Both the position numbers and the translations under genes were made by a program. Positions 58,347 through 64,000 of a stretch of 64,000 nt of DNA are shown piece after piece. How positions within the stretch are numbered: position 1 is the stretch's first letter; each line of letters starts with the position of its first letter. The notes under the pieces were generated by a model that was not told the DNA's origin, ran no database searches, and saw only the letters and a list, made by a program, of their open reading frames with translations. Origin of the DNA: Flavobacteriaceae bacterium (GTDB taxonomy: Bacteria > Bacteroidota > Bacteroidia > Flavobacteriales > Flavobacteriaceae); NCBI GenBank assembly GCA_029252265.1, contig JAQXBT010000001.1, forward strand, positions 3,286 through 67,285, read 5' to 3'.

Positions 58347-59859
58347 TTGGAAGTGTCATTTTAAATGTAGTATGTGTTTTTTTTAGGTTCAACTGGATAG
58401 TACCGTTATGTTTTTCGATAATTTTTTTGGTATAGTACAGGCCAATCCCAAACCCTTTAACATTATGTGTATTGCCTTTTGATACGCGGTAAAATTTCTC
58501 AAAAATTTGATCTTTATTAACTTTGTTAAGCGAATTTCCGCTATCAGAAATTGATATCGTAAATGAAAATGAGGTTTGTGAAATTTCAATCCAAATTTGA
58601 TTGCCCCCATATTTAATTGCATTATCAATAATATTATTAATTGCATTTTCAAAATGAAATACATCAACTTCTACATCTAATATTGTCTGTTTAGGATCAA
58701 AATTAATAGTTACAGATTCAGTTTGTATTTGATGTTTAGCAACAATCGTGTTAAGCAAATCAATAACATTAATTGGATTTTTATGAAGCTCTAAATTTTC
58801 ACTATCCAAAGTGGCGGTTTCTAAAAGTTTTTCAACCATCACATTTAATTTTGTCAATTGTTCACTTGACATGTCTAAATAGGTTTTAGTCTTTTTCTTA
58901 TCATCAATAACATTGAAACTTTTAAGGCTTTCTAGGGCGACACTAATTGTGGCAATCGGTGTTTTAAACTCATGAGTGATATTGCTAATCAAATCATTTT
59001 TTACATCTGCCAGTTGTTTTTGGTTTCTTATAATTTGCAAAAGGTAAAACAAACAGCCAATGACAGCAAGTATCAATAAAGTAGAAATTAAAACCCCTGT
59101 AAGAATTCGTTTTAGAATGATTTTTGTTTCGTTTGAAAAATGAATTGATAATGAACTCCCCCTAGGTAAAAAAGGAGATTTTGAATTCGTTGTTAACTGG
59201 CTTGTATTGATTTTTTCAAGTTTTTGAGTCTCTAACCCACGACTCTCAAATTTTAAACCATAAACAATATTGAGTTTTTTACGAGACAATTCAGATTTCA
59301 ACAAACTATCAATATTTTTAAGAGATAATGAATCGCGGGTAATAGAAATAAATACTTTAGAAGTTAGTAATGTAATGTCTTTTATATTGAAAGAGTCGAC
59401 ATCAATCTCTTTTAGCCATTTAACCCCGAACTTAATAGAGTCTGAAACAATTGAATCAGGATTATGAAAAACACTTTCTATACGAATTGAATCTAAATCG
59501 CTAGATTTTGTGTGTGTGTGTTTTAGTATTGACTTACGCGCTAAATGCTTTGCGTTTTTATTCAATTTCAAATCATAATCTTTTGGTATCTGATTGAACA
59601 AACTATCAATCTCAAAGGATGTATCAAACAAACTATCTTTGGAGCTAGATTGTAGTGTAAACCCTCCAATAGCTCCATGTTCAGCAAGATTAGTGTAGTA
59701 GGAATCTACGGCATTATCTAAACTCACTTGAACATCGTTAATAAGCTGCTGCTTATTAATTTTATAATTTTTATAATTCCAATACACTTGTATACCAATT
59801 GTGCTTAGTATCACAATGAGAACAACATAAAGCAACCAATTATATCGATTATCATTCAT
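58336..59859 (-). CDS. Sensor histidine kinase (two TM helices, HisKA, HATPase)
   Basis: NITHEFKTP H-box, NIIDNAIKY N-box, IFEKFYR, GFGIGL G-box. Confidence 0.95.
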   Translation of the reverse strand: MNDNRYNWLLYVVLIVILSTIGIQVYWNYKNYKINKQQLINDVQVSLDNAVDSYYTNLAEHGAIGGFTLQSSSKDSLFDTSFEIDSLFNQIPKDYDLKLNKNAKHLARKSILKHTHTKSSDLDSIRIESVFHNPDSIVSDSIKFGVKWLKEIDVDSFNIKDITLLTSKVFISITRDSLSLKNIDSLLKSELSRKKLNIVYGLKFESRGLETQKLEKINTSQLTTNSKSPFLPRGSSLSIHFSNETKIILKRILTGVLISTLLILAVIGCLFYLLQIIRNQKQLADVKNDLISNITHEFKTPIATISVALESLKSFNVIDDKKKTKTYLDMSSEQLTKLNVMVEKLLETATLDSENLELHKNPINVIDLLNTIVAKHQIQTESVTINFDPKQTILDVEVDVFHFENAINNIIDNAIKYGGNQIWIEISQTSFSFTISISDSGNSLNKVNKDQIFEKFYRVSKGNTHNVKGFGIGLYYTKKIIEKHNGTIQLNLKKTHTTFKMTLPNGA

Positions 59860-59899
59860 AGGTCAAAAGTAAATTTTAAAATTAATTAATACTAATCGC

Positions 59900-59924
59900 T
59901 TAACACACGTTAACAGTTGTTAAC
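59900..59924. promoter_or_regulatory. Putative OmpR-family operator: three TTAAC repeats at a 10 bp period
   Basis: TTAAC at 59900, 59910 and 59920, between the divergent kinase and GLPGLI genes, upstream of CATATTTG (59947-59954). Confidence 0.6.
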
Positions 59925-59982
59925 TATAAGTGCTTATTTTTTTCCTCATATTTGCATCAGTTATAATTAAAAAATAAAAAAA

Positions 59983-60786
59983 ATGACAAGAGTAGCAACA
60001 GTATTTTTAATCGCAATTACATGTGTGATTTCCGAGAGTTATGCCCAAGATTTTCAAGGGGTTGCAACCTATAAAACCCAGCGGAAGTTAGACATCAAAA
60101 TGGACAGTACTCAAGTAGGTGGTGTGCAGGATCAAATTATGGCAATGCTTAAAAAGCAGTTTGAAAAAACCTATACTTTAACCTTTAATAAAGCGCATTC
60201 TATTTATAAAGAAGAGGAGTCTCTTGCGCCTCCGTCTATGGGAGGCTCCATGGTTATTGTTAGTGGAATGGGCGGTTCTGGAGAGTTGTATAAAAACACC
60301 AAAGAGCAGTATTATGTTAGACAAAGTGATTTGTTTGGAAAGCTTTTTCTGATTGAAGACAAATTGAAAGAAACCGACTGGAAACTCCATAGCGATACTA
60401 AAAATATTGGCACATATTCCTGTTACAAAGCGACCACGGAACAAGAACAAGATGCTTTTAAATTAGATGAAGCGGATACTTCAGGAAAAACTACCACCAC
60501 CGTCACGGCATGGTACACCCCACAGATACCAGTGAGTAATGGCCCAGATGAATTTCAAGGACTTCCAGGCCTCATCTTAGAATTAAGCTATGATTCTCAA
60601 ACTATTTTATGTAGTAAAGTGACGTTAAACCCAAAAAACAAAACAACAATAAAACCTCCTACAAATGGGAAGTCAGTAACACAATCAGAGTTTGATACCA
60701 TTATGACTAAAAAAATGAATGAAATGGAGTCTCAATACAATGATGATGATGATGAAAATTCGTTTAAGATTGAAATTGGAGGTTAG
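59983..60786 (+). CDS. GLPGLI family exported protein
   Basis: 267 aa; signal peptide; WKL...K.IG.Y.CYKAT, AWYTPQIPVSNGP..FQGLPGLILE. Confidence 0.93.
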   Translation: MTRVATVFLIAITCVISESYAQDFQGVATYKTQRKLDIKMDSTQVGGVQDQIMAMLKKQFEKTYTLTFNKAHSIYKEEESLAPPSMGGSMVIVSGMGGSGELYKNTKEQYYVRQSDLFGKLFLIEDKLKETDWKLHSDTKNIGTYSCYKATTEQEQDAFKLDEADTSGKTTTTVTAWYTPQIPVSNGPDEFQGLPGLILELSYDSQTILCSKVTLNPKNKTTIKPPTNGKSVTQSEFDTIMTKKMNEMESQYNDDDDENSFKIEIGG

Positions 60787-60873
60787 ATTTTGTTGCATTT
60801 TAAGAGATGTTAATTAAACTATATGTAGTTTCGTAGGTCTATATAATAGATATTTACTTAATATTTTGTGATT

Positions 60874-61737
60874 ATGATTCTTACAAAAAGAGGTTTCCAA
60901 ATAGTACTTTTGTTGATGTTTGTTTCAATAACAACCACTGCTCAGGACTTTCAAGGAAAAGCCTATTATTTCTCGAAAACGTCGGTCGATATGGCTAACA
61001 TAGGAAATCGCCAAATGAGCGTAGATCAAAAAAAACAAATTGCTGACCGCATGCGGAGCATGTTCGAAAAAACCTATGTTTTGACGTTTGATAGAGAAGC
61101 TTCAACTTATCAAGAAGAGGAGGTTTTACAGGCGCCAACAAGCCAACGCGGATTTGGAAGACGAGGACGTAATTTTTCTGGAGGAATGCAATATAAAAAC
61201 ATCAAATCTCAGCAGATTCTTCAAGATCAAGAATTTTTCGGAAAACAATTTCTGATTACAGATTCCTTGTCCAAGCTCGATTGGAAATTAGGAACTGAAA
61301 CAAAACAAATAGGTCAATACCTCTGTATGAAAGCCACCACCACAAAAAAAGCGGATGCTTTAGATTGGCGGACTATGCGAAGTCGAAATCGTTCTCAGAC
61401 GGCCGCTATTAAAAAAGATTCTATAACAACAGCAATTACGGATGAAATCGAAATTCCAAATGAAATTGAAGTCACAGCTTGGTATACACCACAGATTCCT
61501 GTAAGCCAAGGGCCAGGAGATTATTGGGGGCTTCCGGGGTTAATTCTCGAAATTAATACTGATAAAACCATTATTCTATGTTCCAAAATTATAATGAATC
61601 CGGAACAGAAAGAGGCCATTGAAGCGCCTCAAAAAGGCCAGTCGATTTCGCGAACAGAGTATAACGACACGGTTAAGAAAAAAATGGAAGAAATGCGCAC
61701 CATGTATGAGGGTCGCCGTAACAAACGCAGAAATTAA
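60874..61737 (+). CDS. GLPGLI family exported protein (paralogue)
   Basis: Start placed at ATG 60874; AQDFQG, AWYTPQIPVSQGPGDYWGLPGLILE. Confidence 0.93.
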   Translation: MILTKRGFQIVLLLMFVSITTTAQDFQGKAYYFSKTSVDMANIGNRQMSVDQKKQIADRMRSMFEKTYVLTFDREASTYQEEEVLQAPTSQRGFGRRGRNFSGGMQYKNIKSQQILQDQEFFGKQFLITDSLSKLDWKLGTETKQIGQYLCMKATTTKKADALDWRTMRSRNRSQTAAIKKDSITTAITDEIEIPNEIEVTAWYTPQIPVSQGPGDYWGLPGLILEINTDKTIILCSKIIMNPEQKEAIEAPQKGQSISRTEYNDTVKKKMEEMRTMYEGRRNKRRN

Positions 61738-61761
61738 GGCGTCCAAATTAACGAAAGATTT

Positions 61762-64000
61762 ATGAGATATTATATTACAGTTATTTTCCTTTGCATGAGT
61801 GTTATTGGAATTTCCCAAGTGAAGTTAGAAGGTATTATTAAAGACAGTCTTGGAAGCCCTTTAGAACTAGCCAATATTATTGCGATTAATAAGGCTACCA
61901 AGACCTTAGATTCCTATGGAATTACTAACGACGTCGGTCGGTTTCGTTTGGATTTAAAAAAGAACACCCTCTATACGATTCAAGCCAGTTATATTGGAAT
62001 GAAATCTTTAGACGAGGGACTCGAGACAAAAGAAGTTAATATAAATAAAGACTTCACACTTTTTGTAGATAATTCTTTAGACGAAGTTGAATTGGTTTAT
62101 GAGATGCCTGTCACCATTAGTGGTGACACCTTGGTGTATAATGCCGATTCCTTTAATACGGGCACTGAACGAAAATTAGAAGACGTATTGAAAAATTTAC
62201 CTGGCGTCGAAATTAACGATGATGGTCAGGTCGAAGTAGAGGGTAAAGTGGTGAATAAATTGATGGTTGAAGGCAAAGATTTCTTTGATGGCGACACCAA
62301 ATTAGCCACCAAAAACATTCCGTCGAGTGCCGTAGATAAGGTGCAGGTTTTAAAAAATTATTCCGAAGTTGGGCAGCTAGGAAGTGTGACCAATAACCAA
62401 GATAACATCGCAATAAACATCAAGTTAAAAGAGGGGAAGAAAAATTTCTGGTTTGGAAATGTGACTGTTGGAGCGGGAGATTCAGAAGTAAACTCATTGT
62501 ATTTAGCCCAGCCAAAACTATTTTATTACAGTCCAGAATACAGCGTTAATTTTATAGGAGACTTAAATAATATTGGAGAGGTTGCCTTTTCGCGACGGGA
62601 CTATTTTAATTTTTCGGGCGGCTTTCGATCCCCAAGTCAAAGCAGTGGGACAAGCTTGAGTTTAGGCAATAATGACATCGGATTTTTATTGCTTCAAAAT
62701 AACCGCGCTAAAGACATCAATACAAAGTTTGGCGCTGCCAATTTTAGTTGGTCGCCAAAAAAGACCTTAGATATTGGTGGGTTTGCTATTTTTTCAAACA
62801 GTAAAAATGAATTACAAGAAAATAGAAGTGTAGAGTATACAGATGCACCTGCTGGGTTTTCAGATGAGGACACGGAAAGTAATACCACCCAGGACAACGA
62901 TTTAGGCATGCTTAAGTTGACCACGAAGTATCAGCCAAACGCTAGCAATCAGCTCGAGTATGAAGCCCTTGGAAACATGTCAAAAAGTACACAAGACCAA
63001 CGTTTCAATTCTTCTTTAAACGGCGATATAAATCAGTTGGAAACCACCAATCCATTTAGCTTTAATCAGAGTTTGAATTATTATTACACGTTGAACGAGA
63101 CCAATATTTTTGCATTCGAAGCCCAGCATCTCATCAAAGATGAAGATCCTTTTTATAATGCCATTCTTGAGGATAAAGCGAATTATGAAGACACCGCTAA
63201 CACCCTTGGTTTAGACGGCGCTCAAGTGGATTATAACTTTGGTCAGGATAAACGCGTTCAATCCAATCAAGTAGATGCGAAACTCGATTATTGGAACATC
63301 TTAAATAAAAAAAGCAACATCAACCTGACTCTTGGAACTATTTTGAGTCATCAACAATTCGACTCTAATATTTTTCAATATTTGGACAATCAAACCCAAA
63401 TTAGTCCAACACCTTCCATCGCTAATGGTGCAGCAACCAATGACATCGCCTATAGATTTTCGGATCTGTATTTAGGATTTCATTACCGCTTAAAATCTGG
63501 AAAATTCACGTTTACACCTGGTGTAGCGGCCCATGGCTATGCGATTTCAAACATGCAGACAGGCGTTAAAACTACCGATAATTTCTTCAGATTTTTGCCG
63601 GATATGAATGTCATCTTTCAAATTAAAAAAAGTGAAACTTTGAATTTAAATTACCGTATGCAAACGCAGTTTACCGATGTGTCGAAGTTTGCGAGTGGCT
63701 TAGTGCTTAATAATTATAACTCACTATTTTCGGGATCACCCGATTTACAAAGTGCACTTTCGCATAATATCAATCTAACGTATTACAGTTTCAATATGTT
63801 TAATTATACCAATGTGTTTGCCAACATCAACTATAACAAAAGTATTGATAACGTTAGAAATGTATCTGCATTTGTGCCCGAGAGTGTGATTCGCGTGTCC
63901 ACGCCTTTTAATTCTGATTTTGCTGATGAAACCTTAACGGCTAGGGGGCGGTTTCAACGCACGTTTGGACGGTTGAGAGCATCGGTCAACGCCAATTTTA
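61762..64000 (+). CDS. Outer-membrane beta-barrel/TonB-receptor-like protein with a carboxypeptidase-regulatory-like N-domain (runs off the window)
   Basis: Manual translation: MRYYITVIFLCMSVIGISQVKLEGIIKDS...SYIGMKS...LDEVEL...GDTLVYNADSF.TGTERKLEDVLKNLPGVE...EGKDFFDG...AINIKLK; absent from the ORF track because no stop is in the window. Confidence 0.88.
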   Translation, partial: MRYYITVIFLCMSVIGISQVKLEGIIKDSLGSPLELANIIAINKATKTLDSYGITNDVGRFRLDLKKNTLYTIQASYIGMKSLDEGLETKEVNINKDFTLFVDNSLDEVELVYEMPVTISGDTLVYNADSFNTGTERKLEDVLKNLPGVEINDDGQVEVEGKVVNKLMVEGKDFFDGDTKLATKNIPSSAVDKVQVLKNYSEVGQLGSVTNNQDNIAINIKLKEGKKNFWFGNVTVGAGDSEVNSLYLAQPKLFYYSPEYSVNFIGDLNNIGEVAFSRRDYFNFSGGFRSPSQSSGTSLSLGNNDIGFLLLQNNRAKDINTKFGAANFSWSPKKTLDIGGFAIFSNSKNELQENRSVEYTDAPAGFSDEDTESNTTQDNDLGMLKLTTKYQPNASNQLEYEALGNMSKSTQDQRFNSSLNGDINQLETTNPFSFNQSLNYYYTLNETNIFAFEAQHLIKDEDPFYNAILEDKANYEDTANTLGLDGAQVDYNFGQDKRVQSNQVDAKLDYWNILNKKSNINLTLGTILSHQQFDSNIFQYLDNQTQISPTPSIANGAATNDIAYRFSDLYLGFHYRLKSGKFTFTPGVAAHGYAISNMQTGVKTTDNFFRFLPDMNVIFQIKKSETLNLNYRMQTQFTDVSKFASGLVLNNYNSLFSGSPDLQSALSHNINLTYYSFNMFNYTNVFANINYNKSIDNVRNVSAFVPESVIRVSTPFNSDFADETLTARGRFQRTFGRLRASVNANF

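Noticed and set aside
270-62924. Many 60-154 aa ORFs in the track that overlap long genes (e.g. 48004..48468, 43064..43450, 32410..32775, 12824..13138)
   Set aside because: They are antisense or off-frame shadows of well-supported genes, with no recognisable motifs.
1-64000. rRNA, tRNA, riboswitch, prophage or defence genes
   Set aside because: None recognised; intergenic gaps are short and explained by promoters or terminators. An Infernal/Rfam scan would be needed to exclude small RNAs.

Overview
AT-rich Bacteroidota DNA, most likely from a marine Flavobacteriaceae (SusC/D pairs, T9SS C-terminal domains, GLPGLI proteins, TAnnTTTG promoter elements). The first ~40 kb hold two back-to-back, outward-facing beta-glucan utilisation loci (PULs), each led by its own propeller/Y_Y_Y/LuxR one-component regulator. 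PUL-A (minus strand) encodes a T9SS-secreted non-catalytic protein, SusC, SusD, a PKD lipoprotein, GH5-CBM6, an Fn3-like lipoprotein, GH16, GH30 and a sugar porter. PUL-B (plus strand) is a classic laminarin type: SusC, SusD, two glycan-binding lipoproteins and GH16-GH3-GH16. Between them lies a 7 kb accessory spacer (lipoprotein, membrane sensor, T9SS CotH kinase, truncated outer-membrane gene, orphan LytTR). The last ~24 kb is core genome (waaA, DegT, lspA, fabD, folA, thyA, nupC, etfAB, pdhB, DUF5686-like, hppA, deoxynucleoside kinase, two-component pair, two GLPGLI genes, a beta-barrel gene). Most notable: (1) a membrane pyrophosphatase fused in frame to a complete FKBP_N+FKBP prolyl isomerase; (2) an unassigned Cys-containing CBM-like module present three times across a secreted and a surface-anchored PUL-A protein; (3) several readable operator arrays. 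No rRNA, tRNA, CRISPR or IS element was seen. All family calls come from motif recognition by eye, not database searches.
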